Shown here in pieces: positions 25,023 to 37,209 of a DNA stretch of 64,000 nucleotides; the stretch's first letter is position 1, and each line of letters opens with the position of its first letter. Source of the stretch: Podarcis pityusensis (taxonomy: Eukaryota). The position numbers and the translations under genes were made by a program. Location: assembly GCA_964106645.2 (NCBI GenBank), contig OZ067044.1, one strand, 5' to 3'. The notes below the pieces were generated by a model. That model was not told where the DNA came from, did not search any database, and saw only the letters and a program-made list of their open reading frames with translations.

Positions 25023-27458
25023 CTGCTCACCAAACTCCTCTTTGGCACTGGCACTGGCATCCCCACAGTTGCCATCCACAAGAACCACCTGAGAGCTATC
25101 ATTGCATAGCAAATTTTCTGCCACCTGGATATGGGGTTTTGGGAAAGAGATCTGCTCTTTCCTCATCTCTGACGATAGACAGAGTTGATAGGAATAAGGT
25201 AAAGTTCCTTCTTCATAGTTTGGTGGAAATATGACCTGGGCCTTAGAAAAAGCATTAGGTTCAAAGCATTGGAATAATTTGGGATTTCCTGATTGTCGAA
25301 GTTTCATGACAATGACCAGTATCACTGTCAGGAGGAACAAAAATGAGATCAATGCCAAAGCCAGCACCAAGTAAAACTGGAGGTCAGAATGATGCTCTGT
25401 GACACTGGATTGCCTAGTCATTTCCGGAAGTGCCTCTTGGAAGTTCTCGGCAATCACAAGGTTGAGGACCACAGTAGCTGAGAGCGGAGCATTCCCATTG
25501 TCCTTCACCAAGATGACCAGCTTCTGTTTCACAGCATCTTTCTCCAGAAGGGCTCGTGATGTCCTGATCTCTCCCGTGTGGGTCCCAATGGTGAAAAGGG
25601 CCAGCTCTGTGGCCTGCAGCACTTGATAGGAGAGCCAGGCATTGTGCCCAGAGTCCGCGTCCACAGCCACCACTTTGGTCACCAGGTAGCCTGGCTCTGC
25701 CGAGTGAGGAACCATCTCAAACAAGGCAGAGCCCTCGGCGCCCGGGACAGGATAGAGAACGCGAGGGCTGTTATCGTTCTGATCCAAAATGTACACCCAC
25801 ACGGTGGCGTTGTTGCTGAGAGAGGGAGAGCCACCATCTTGGGCCTTCACTTGGATCTGAAACTCCCGGAATTGCTCATAGTCAAAGGAGCGCTGTGCAT
25901 AGATAGTTCCCGTCTCAGAGTTGATGGAGACATAAGAGGAGAGAGGCAGCTCCTCCATGTTGCTGTTGAGGATGGAGTAAGTGATACGTGAGTTGCGGTC
26001 CAGATCTGGGTCCGAGGCTTTGAGGGCAAAAATGGAGGCACCTGAGGGATTGTTTTCAGGCACAAAGACACTGTAGGTTGATTTTTCAAAGGCAGGGGGG
26101 TTGTCATTGATATCTGAAATCTGCAGGGATATGGTTTTGTTGGAGGAGAGAGGGGGGCTACCTTTGTCGGTGGCCGTGATTGTGATGTTGTATCCTGAGG
26201 CTTTTTCTCTGTCCAAAGGACTGTCTGTGAGGATTTTATAGTAGTTCTTTGAAGTTGACACTATTTGAAATGGTACATTACCTTGTAGATGGCATGTAAT
26301 TTTTCCATTTTCTCCAGAATCTTTATCCTTTACGTTGATGAGAGCAATTAGTGTTCCAGAAGCAGAGTCTTCAGGAACTGGACTAGATAAGGAGGCCAGA
26401 ATGATCTCTGGAGCATTGTCATTCTCATCTATAATCTTTATATCAACATTACAGTGAGCCACTAATCCTCCTCCATCTCTTGCTTCAACTGTCATAGTGT
26501 ACTTCTCTGTTTCCTCAAAGTCAAGGGTTTCCTTAATTGTAACTGTTCCACTTTGTGGATCTAGTCTAAATTTCTCATAGACTTTTTCTGGGACTTTATT
26601 GAATGTGTAACTGATCCGACTATTTGAACCTTCATCCCTATCAGAGGCTTTTACTTGGAGTATGGGGGATCCCACAGGGGAATTTTCCCTCAGGCTAACT
26701 GTATAAACCTCTTGAGTGAAGACTGGTGGGTTGTCATTGGCATCTGTGACGTTAATCCATATCTGGGCAGTCCCAGTTTTTCTGGGTTCACCCCCATCCA
26801 GGGCTGTAAGGATCAACTGAAGTGAGTGCTCACTTTCCCGATCCAAAGGTTTCTGCAGCACCAATTCTGCATATTTATGGCCGTCCAGACTATGCTTAAT
26901 TTCTAATATAAAGAACTGATTTAGGCTTAACTGGTAATTCTGGAGAGAATTAATCCCAATATCAGGATCTTCAGCTTTCCCAAGGGGAAATCTGGCCCCC
27001 GGCAATGTGGATTCAATTATATCTAGTCTAATATTGGATTCTAGGAATTGTGGGGCATTATCATTAATGTCCTGAATTGCTACACTTACATGGAAAACAT
27101 TCAATGGCTTTTCAACCATCGCTTCAAAATCAATAATGCAGTGTGTGCTCTCTCTACACATCCCCTCACGATCTATCCTCTCATTCACATACAGGTTTCC
27201 ATTTTCAGCATTGATAGTGAAATATGGCTTTTTACCTTCAGAAAGGATATGCAGGTTTCTGCTCTTCAGTTCTCTGACATTCAGTCCTAGATCCTTGGCA
27301 AGATTTCCCACCAAAGACCCCTTTGCCATCTCCTCAGGGATGGAATAGTGAACCTCTTCCAAAACTGCTCCACAGAACAAAGATGATAATATCAGAAGGG
27401 TAATATACCTTCCTGGTGTTTGAAAGCTCTCTCCATGAAGGATTCCTCTCATCTTCAT
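25023..27458 (-). CDS. PCDHGB: Protocadherin gamma-B-like variable exon 5 (type A)
   Basis: ORF 24987..27482; ATG 27458; donor CAG|GTAAG at 25023/25022; 6-bp in-frame duplication (ASAS) shared with exon 7. Confidence 0.93.
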
Positions 27459-27700
27459 TTTCCTCTTCTCTTTGATGAGCACAGGATTTCAGATTTCCAC
27501 CAAGACAGGAGATTTTTTTTTGCACAGTAAAAAAAAGAACTGGATCCTTTGGCTTTGTATGTGCTGCAGTGTTTTCTGTTTTCCAGCTGAAACGTTTGTT
27601 CCAGCGTCTGCTGGTATTCCCGATGTGCAGTTTGGGACAAAGAGATCTCTCTGCCGAAAGCATCAGTGCAACTTCAGCTGCCCTTGGATTGCCGCCTTGT

Positions 27701-27738
27701 CCAACAGTGACACTGTGAGTCTGAAACCGAGAACTGCA
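27701..27738 (-). promoter_or_regulatory. CSE / CTCF site, exon 5 promoter (CACT)
   Basis: Same sequence as exon 1 CSE. Confidence 0.8.
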
Positions 27739-30700
27739 ATCTTTTCCCAATGATTTTTCTTCCCTAATTCATGACATAGTAGTATTTTTATGTAATGACT
27801 CAGACCATATTCTCATACAGGTTATTTGAATATGCCTGTTGGAAAGTGTTATCTGTTCACCATTACAGTAGGTTAAAAGAAATCAGCTTCAAATTAATAT
27901 TTACAGCAAAGAAAAAGCGGTAAAGAATTTATAGCCCTATTTCCAATATTTCTTTAGGAAAAATCAGAATAGCAGACAGCAGTATGAGAATGATATTGTT
28001 ATTTATAATAAAAGACTTTTAAACAAATTAGAAAAATATTGTATTAGGTATTTACAGGCATCTTAGACTGTGTGTGGAAAGCCTAAGGACGTGTCTGAAA
28101 AGTGTGTTTACCTTTACATAATTTCACTGAAAATAGTGCCACATCTCAAGTCCTATTTTGTCACCTTATGTCCACACAATTTCTGGTCTGTTTGTGTAGC
28201 TTTCTCCTTCAACAGTTGTACTGTGTCAGTATTTACCTTTGCCATTTTCCCCACCTGCCCATTTGTCCAGTTACGATAGACACTTTGCTGATTTCATTTA
28301 CTTTGTGGTGTGTGCTTTTGACCTTACACAACACCCCAGCTACTTCACAATATCACAGTTATGGTTCATCCCCTCTACATATGCAAACAATATGGAGACC
28401 CCTATTTTGCTGGCGGGGAGTGGGGGTGGGACAGGACAACCAGAAAGCTACTCAGAAATCACTACGGTCCTTTCAGTATTTTAGGAAGCTACATATCGTC
28501 TCCAGCTGTTAATGCAACTTCATTTAATCAAGGAACAAAACTACATAAATAAGCCCTGGGTGTTATATGCTGAACCTCAAATGTTTTGAGCTTTCCCCTC
28601 CATTTTAAAACTTCTTTTTCTATGTTTACGTGGTAGCTGAGCACACTGCAATTGTCAGTCATGGTCCTGTCCCCTAATTCCTTCCAACAGCTAGCACCAA
28701 CCCTGGCAAGAACACTCCTCCATCCTCACATCTGCCCTACTGGCCATGAGCCCAGCAGGGAGTTGGAGCGGGTGGTACATTGCAGGCTTAAGTAACTCAA
28801 GAACCTGCTAAGATATCCCACAATGCTATGATCAGAAATACAGTTATCCATCTATTCATGCGTTCATGTCATGTAAGCAGCATAGCTAACATGTTGGTAG
28901 AGCAGTTCAAGAATTCAACATGCTTCGTGTATATTGAGCTGGTCTCATGTAAAGAACAAAACTGTGAACCAGGAATTCCGTGGTATGAATTTTGCCTCTG
29001 ACAGGAACTCACTTATATAAGAATTCTAAGATAATGTGTCAAATCCAGACTCCATCATACTTAGAGTAGCCCCACTTAAACAAATTTGACTTAAATTAGT
29101 CTTGCTTGACTAACTTGGTCCAAGGATAACTAATTCTGAATCTGACCCATTATATGCAATGCCCTTTGAAACTTATAAATATCATATACACAGTATCATT
29201 ATTATTGTCTAAATCATGAGGCAGAAATACATAACGCAGGCAGTGCAATCTGGCCGGTAGCATTATTGAAAAAACTGACATGGAAATTGAAGACAGCAAG
29301 AGGCCAGGGGAAATATGATAACTTTTATGCAGTCTTGGATGATTTTATAGATTATACAAACAATGAGGCATGTGGCAGAACGGTGCCTTGGCCTACAGCA
29401 CAGTTTGGTGTGCATGAAGCACATATTTTATTTTATTTTTCCTCCTTCCTTCTTGCCTTTGTATAATCCCTGCAGACCAGCACTGCTGCTCATACAATAT
29501 ATATTTGTAGTTGTGATCAACAGTCAAAGAGATGGAGGTTATTACGTACCATTTTGTTTTTGTTAAGATTGAAATGATTTTAGAATATACACTTTAGCAA
29601 AGCTCTGTGGAGTATTTGAAGATAACTCTCTGACTGTATGTAATTCTTTTATTTTTGTTTTAAATAAAATTTAAAAATAAATAAATGCACAATGCATGTA
29701 TTTAACAAAATATCCCACATTATCTGTCCGCCTGTCCGCCTTTCACACAGCTGTTTAGAAAGAGCTTTAATGCAATGTGGTTTCACTTAAAGGAATATGG
29801 GGGCTGGAAATATCCACAATCTACTCTAGAAGGCCAGTCAGTCAGTCAGTCAGTCAGCCAGCCAATCAGTCTTGACTTGACTTTTTTTTTACATCACACA
29901 TGCAGGAACACACATGCCTTTATTGAACCCCACCTTACAGAAAACAAAACACGACTGATTTGTTTTCCCACCCACAAATTCCAGTCTGCAGAGATATGGT
30001 GAATGGACTTGACCATGGACCACAATCTCATTTATTTACAAGTCTGATCTGATTTCTACCAAGTTGAAGGCCTTCCTTGCAGGTCACATTTAATTGGTGA
30101 CCCCACTCTGGACTTAAGATTGGGATCAGTACTGAAACTGGTATTTGCTCTTCACTCAATTTTGTGTAGAGGAGGACATTCAAACACCAGGAGCTGGTAA
30201 ATCTTAGGTATGAGATAATTAGTTCTCCTTTCCAGATCCACCCAAGCTAGTAAGGACGCTATGAGGCTAAGCATCCTTTCATGCCATGTTGCGCCCACTC
30301 TAGGTTTCTTAGGTTTTTAATCTAAATAGAACATGTGCATTGTGGACTATTTAAATGGAATGCCGGTATCTAGATGTAGCTAGACTTTAATTTTCCACAC
30401 TCTGAATTTTAATACTGAATTCCAGTATTAAAATTAGAAAAATGTGTGGACTAAACTAATGTAGATGTCATTAGTTTGATAAGGCAATTCAATCTGATGT
30501 TTCTGGAACTTTCCTCTTCATTGAATGAAACAGGGAAGCTCTAGATCTGAACTATGTATAAATACTTTATACAATGATGTTTAATGTGAATTGTAGGCAG
30601 CAATTCATTGTATAATTTCTAAGTGAAACTATATTAACAGCATAATTCACACGCATAACCTAGATTCAAACAATCTACTGAAGTTCATGGTAGCTGCAGT

Positions 30701-31270
30701 TCATTAAACTGAAAACTCACACAGTATAAATGAACAAATTTATAATTAATTTTATTTTATGGAGAAGGAAGTAAAGCATAATTTACAGACACCTCTCAAA
30801 AGTATATGTCTTTAAAATTTATAGCTTAAAAAAATTGCTAATAATACTAATAACAGTGATAGTATTTTCTGCTATATAGCAAGGTGCCCTCCTTTGATTC
30901 TACAGCCAAAATTGCTGCCCCCCCAAGCCAAGTAATGTGAAAAACAAAGTTCTTTTCCTCTCTTTATTTAATTTAATGAAAGTAGTAGAAGGTCAACTCC
31001 TCAAAATACTAGTTGTTCAAATGACAGCAAGATAAGTTCTACCAGATGGTTTCAAGGGCATGGCTCAAAGCTGCAATGTGTAGCTTCCCTATGGAGCGAA
31101 AAGGAGCATCCTGATTCATGAAAGCCAAATGATGTAAGAGCCAAACTATTCATTTATATGGTGAAAAACAAAAAGGCAGTCACATTAGCTGGATAAAAAG
31201 CACTGTGACAATGTCACTAATGGCAAAGAATGATGGATAATGGCATTTAATTTCAGAAAACAAACCTTAC

Positions 31271-33691
31271 CTGTTCTCCATTATCTACTGCAGAATCAAA
31301 ATTGCTTCCTACATTGCCTGTAAAAGGCACAGCAGGTTTCTCACTGCCAATAATATTGTCTACCATCTGAACACTGGGTGTCAGGAAGGTAAACTCGTTC
31401 TTCCTGGTCTCAGAAGACAGACACAGCTGGTAGGAATAGGGCAAAGTCCCATCTGCAAAGTTGGGTGGGAAGATGGCACCATTCTTGGAATGGGGAACAG
31501 GACCAAAGCACTGTAGGAACCTGGGATGCCCTGATTGACGGAGCTTCATTGTAACGGCCAGAATCACAGTCAAGAGGAACAAGAAGGAGATCACAGCTAA
31601 GGCCAGCACCAAGTAGAACTGCAGGTCAGACTGATACTCCGAGCTGCTGGGTTGGCTCTTCATTTCCGGAAGGGCCTCCTGAAAGTTCTCAGCAAACACC
31701 AGGTTCAGAGTCATGGTGGCCGAGAGAGGCGGCTGCCCGTTATCCTTCACCATAATGACCAGTCTCTGTTTCACAGCGTCTCTCTCCACAAAGGCCCTGG
31801 CTGTCCTGATCTCTCCAGTATGAGAACCGACCGTGAAGAGTGCCGGCTCAGTGGCCTGAGTCAGGTGGTAGGAGAGCCAGGCGTTGTGTCCAGAATCTGC
31901 ATCCACGGCCACCACCTTGGTGACAAGATAATCTGCCTCGGCCGAACGAGGCACCATCTCAAACAAGGCTGAGCCCTTGGCTTCTTGGGAGGGGGACAGG
32001 ATACGAGGGCTGTTATCATTCCTGTCAAGAACAAACACCCTGACGCTCACATTGCTGCTGAGAGGGGGAGAACCCCCATCTTGGGCCTTCACTTGCAGAT
32101 GGAACTCTCTGAATTGTTCATAGTCAAAGGATCTCTGGGCATAGATGGTGCCGGTCTCAGAATTAATGGAGATATAGGAGGAGATGGGAAGCTCCTCAAT
32201 GTTGCTGTTGAGGATGGAGTATGTAATCCGTGAGTTCTGGTCCATATCGGGATCAGAAGCCTTGATGGTGAAAATGGAGGCACCTGAAGGATTGTTTTCT
32301 GGCACGTAGATGTTGTAGGATGGTTTCTGAAAAGTAGGGGCATTATCATTGATATCTGAGATCTGTAGTGAGATTGTTTTGTGTGTGGAAAGAGGTGGAG
32401 TTCCTCTGTCAGTGGCTGTGATTGTAATATTATATGCAGGAGCTATTTCTCTATCCAAAGGACTGTCGGTCTGGAGCTTGAAGTAATTGTTAGATGAGGG
32501 AAGAATTTTGAAGGGCAAATCATCGTTTAAGTAGCAAGTAACCTTTCCATTATCTCCACTATCTCTGTCATTCACATTGATCAGTGCAATGATTGTTCCT
32601 GACAGAGAATTTTCAGGAACTGGGCTGAACATGGAGGCTAATGTCACTTCTGGGGCATTATCATTCTCATCATGAACCCTTATCTCAATATTAGAATGTG
32701 TCACCAATCCACCTCCATCTTTTGCAGCAACTGTCATAGTATATTCATCATCTTCCTCAAAATCCAGTTGCTCCAGAAGAGTGATTCTACCACTGATGGG
32801 ATCCAGCCTGAATTTCTGTTCAGCCGTTGCCGGTATGTTGCTAAAATGATACCTGATTTGGGCATATAAACCTTCATCCTCATCAGAGGCTGCAACCTGG
32901 AGCACAAGCGACCCAAGAGGAACACTTTCAGATAAGCTGACCTTGTACACCTCTTGAGTGAAAACAGGCGGGTTGTCATTGGCATCTGTGACATTAATCT
33001 GTATCTGGGCCGTCCCAGTTTTCCTAGGCTCACCCCCATCCATAGCGGTAAGAACCAAGTGAAGGGTCTGTTCACTTTCTCGATCAAGAGGGTTCTGTAG
33101 CACCAGTTCTGCATATTTATTTCCATCTTTTCTCTCTCTCACTTCCAAATTGAAGTACTGATTGGAGCTCAGCTGGTAATCCTGGAGTGAGTTCATCCCA
33201 ATGTCAGGATCTTCCGCTTTCCCAAGGAGAAAGCGGGCCCCAGGCAAGGTTAGTTCGCCTGTCTCCAGGTTGATGTTGCCATTGAGGAATTGTGGTGCAT
33301 TATCATTAACATCCTGGATTTCCACTAGTACATGGAAAATATTCAAAGGGTTTTCCACCACAACTTCAAAATTAACAAAGCAATTTGGATTTTTGCCACA
33401 TATCCCCTCCCTATCAATCCTGTCATTTACATAGAGGTTTCCATTCTCTGCATTGATACTGAAATGCTGCATTTTAGCCACAGACACAGTGTGCAGATTG
33501 CGATGTTTTAGTTCTTTGGTGCTCAGTCCCAGGTCCTTGGCGAGGTTCCCCACAACGGAACCCTTTGCCATCTCCTCAGGGGTTGAATAATGAATCTGCT
33601 CTGATGCAGCCCAACAGGTAAAAGACAATAGAGAGAGAAGCAGTACTTGCCTTGTGAGTGCCCTGCCATTCCCTGGGTGCCTTCTCTCCAT
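31271..33691 (-). CDS. PCDHGB: Protocadherin gamma-B-like variable exon 6 (type B)
   Basis: ORF 31253..33691; donor at 31271/31270; one amino acid different from exon 4. Confidence 0.92.
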
Positions 33692-33964
33692 CTGGCTGGT
33701 TCTCTCAAAAACAGGCTGCTTCCTTTTCTCAGTTTCCTATGCTTAAGCTCTCACAATGATGAAGGAAACAACATGAGGTATCACTGAGGAAGAATAAACT
33801 GCCCTTGTTCTTATATTTGTGCAAAGCAAAAGAGATTTTTCCTTCTCTGCAAGAGTTCCGTCATTGTGCGCTTCAGTTGGCCTGATCTGAATAACAGTGA
33901 TGGGAGTTACTGCAGTCTAGGAAGCATCAATGGGTCTCTATCCTATCTCTGGCTTTCATACTGG

Positions 33965-34002
33965 CCAACACTGACACTTAGAGGACCACTCGAGGAACTG
34001 CA
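33965..34002 (-). promoter_or_regulatory. CSE / CTCF site, exon 6 promoter (CAGT)
   Basis: Same sequence as exon 2 CSE. Confidence 0.78.
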
Positions 34003-34760
34003 TTTTGTTCTATGAAAATAGACAGAGGTGAATAAATGCAGATGTTTCTCCAGCACATACTGTACCTTCCTTTCTGCTCACTGAGTGGAGCATTTGAGAA
34101 AGCTTTTCCTTGGTGTTCTTTCTTAGTGTACAGCTACCCTCATTTATGTTCGTGGCTTTTCAGTACTGTGAAAATTGGGTTCATATCTGATACTGCAATT
34201 ACATGAAGGTTATACACATCTTCATTTTTTTTTTGGAAACATGGAAACATTATTATTAATATATAAATATCCAGTTACATAGTAAAACTTTATCTTAAAA
34301 TTAATGTATTACGATAATAGTTATGCTATAGTAGCACAAGAGCTGTAAGTCAACTGAATTTTTGTTGTTGTTGCTTAAATAGAATATAAACACCCTATTG
34401 AAATTATTCTATTTTTTTATCTCTCCTAAGTTGTTGGATGTCTGTTCATCAACATTTATGGAGCAGAGTACAAGTTCTTCTCAGTGTTGGGTTGGAATTC
34501 CAAGAGTAACTTACTATTCCAAGAGTTCTCTCTCTGTTTTTTGAGGATAAGATGAGATGCAACACTTGCAGCTCCTGTCTAGACAGCACTACGTAATAAA
34601 AGTGTGTTCGCTGGTATTGGTTCTACATCAGACTCTGCCACTGCCTCCTACCTGCTGGTGCCATACAAATGTCCTTGTGCTTAGCAGTTGCTCCCCTGTG
34701 ATCAAAGCAGGAACACAGCACAAGTGCAGGACCAATAGCTGTAGCTGCTCTACCAGCAGT

Positions 34761-34940
34761 AAAAAAAAGGTAAAAGACCCCCGGATAGTTAAGTTCAGTC
34801 AAAGGCGACTATGGGGTGGCGGCGCTCATCTCTCTTTCAGGCCGAGGGAGCCGGCATTTGTCCACAGCCAGCTTTCCAGGTCATGTGGCCAGCAAGACTA
34901 AACAGCTTTTGGCACAACGGAACACCTTGACGGAAGCTAG
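34761..34940 (-). mobile_element. Sauria SINE fragment (duplicated copy)
   Basis: Copy of 10441-10619. Confidence 0.8.
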
Positions 34941-35388
34941 GCATGATCCAACAGGATAAAATGTTTGTTGGCACTTTACACGTGAGCTCATATCATGATA
35001 ATAGCATCATGAAGTTTGGGAACTGAGAACAGTGGAGAGACAAGAGGTGTTCGAAGAAATCAATTGTGTCTAATTGAAAGAGTATATGATACAGGTCTTA
35101 TTAGAAAATAACTAAAGTAATTTACTTTCAGTTTGTACGCATTAAAGGTAATAGCTCCTCTTATTGCTCCATAGAACAGCCTACAAGACCATAAACCCAA
35201 TCTGGAGATGTGTATCCTCTTCAAATATTTTTGCCTGGCATACATCCCCTGGAAACTGGAACCCCACTGAACAGAACTGACATTTCCAAGTGATCACAAC
35301 CAGAGTGCTGCCTAATTTTCAACATGCTTCTAGTTTTTCATCTGCTAGTCTATCACACAGAAACATTGCACACAACTCTATTTCATAA

Positions 35389-35621
35389 AAACATAAGAAG
35401 AGCCCTGCTGGATCAGGCCAGAGCTCTATTGAGTCCAGCATCCTTCCTCCCACTGTGGCCAACCAGATGCCCCTCAAAAGCTCTGCCCTTGGTCCACATT
35501 CAGAGGTGTCTGGTACTAGACATAATATAGCCAATGTGACAATGATTTTTTCTAATCCCCCTTTAAAACCACCCAAGTAGGTGACCATCGTTGCACCTTG
35601 TGATAGTGATTTCCATTGTTT
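35389..35621 (-). mobile_element. CR1 3' fragment (duplicated copy)
   Basis: Copy of 11065-11297. Confidence 0.75.
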
Positions 35622-36168
35622 GTTCGTTTAAATAAGTAAATTATTTAGAAATGGTTTATATAAAAACAAAATGGCTAGGCATACAATTATCATTAAATTC
35701 CTATTATGAAATCAAATAAAGCATATAGCCTTCATAAAGATCCAAATAAAGTATGTGGGTCTGCGTTATCTTGAACTTCATTGCACCAATAAATTATGAA
35801 AAAACACACAGAAAGTTATCAGACTGCCTCCCCTCCCTGACTCTTAGTTGTACCATTGATAAAATATTCCATGCTGTAGTAATCCATTCCCCTAAAGTTG
35901 GTGTTCTTAGCCCCTGCTAAGACAAATAGTTGCTCTGGCCACAGACAGTAACTGTTGGAGTAATTATCTGTCTTCTGTTTTACTAAATCCTTAAAATAAC
36001 TAGAGAAATCAATGAGAGGATCCATTGGCAAATTGCATCCTGTCATTATTCCATTTTCTCTTATTATATCCACCCACAAATTCTTAATTTAGGGACATGT
36101 CTCCCAAATATGTTGCATCCTAGCATTGGTTGAATTGTACTTCCAACGTAATCATTTGCTGTACTATA

Positions 36169-36280
36169 AATTTGACCAAACTGTGGGAGGCAGTGGAAGA
36201 CAGGAGTGCCTGGCGTGCTCTGGTCCATGGGGTCACGACGAGTCAGACATAACTAAACAACTAAACAACTAAACAACAAC
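36169..36280 (+). mobile_element. BovB 3' end (duplicated copy)
   Basis: Copy of 23982-24093. Confidence 0.8.
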
Positions 36281-36444
36281 TAAAATGTGACGAAGCTACA
36301 GCAGTGTCATATACCATCAAAAAATAAACTTATACAAGTGTTTCTTAAGATTCACACTAATTGTTTGCTGCCATTTCCATTTTCACTGATATGATGTCCC
36401 AGACATCTCTGGCAAGTACTTTGTTGCATTTAGTTGTCAACAAG

Positions 36445-36700
36445 GAATTCCATAGTTTAACTATGCATTGTATGAAGAAGGTCTTCCTTTTATCTGTTCT
36501 GAATCTCCCAATGTTCAGCTTCACCCAATGGCCACAGGCTCCGGTAATATGGGGGAGACGGATCTCTCTATTCATTTTCTCAACCTCGTTCATAATTCTA
36601 TACAGCTGTCTCACTTCCCTTCTTGTAATTTATTTTATCTAAACTAAATATCCCTACAGAAGTTGTTGCACCCATGGATCATTTGGGATGCCTTTTTCTG
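36445..36700 (-). mobile_element. CR1 ORF2 fragment (duplicated copy)
   Basis: Copy of 12105-12360. Confidence 0.78.
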
Positions 36701-37209
36701 TGCTTGCTGTATTTCACACAACTTCTTTTTATGAATCCTCCAGAGAAGCCCCACACAGCCCAAAATTATGCTACAAAGAAACAGGAAGCATTCATGTTTT
36801 ATGCATTCTTCAGTTAAGCTGATCATAACAGGAAAAATAAACTGTGCTTTGTGTGAGCAAAAAAGTACAAATCCATATTTTTAATTGACGAGGGGTGTAT
36901 AAATAACTATATATTTATGGTGACATGCTAATACCCCACAGGAAGATTGAACACTCAAGCTGTATGCATGCCTACATTTCCTTTAATTCCTGAGATGAAG
37001 ACTCACTCTGTCATTATTGTATGATTCAGAATTTATGCTGCGTCTACCATTGCAATTTAAAAGCTACTTGCAGGAAAAGTTCTTCACAATCAGAACAACT
37101 GATGCTAATACTGTGATTTGATTTTGCTGACACCCTTTTATAGTAAAACAAAATAAAAATATTAGTTTTATTCCTATAAGGTAAGGCCATTTCTGAAAGC
37201 AAAACTTAC

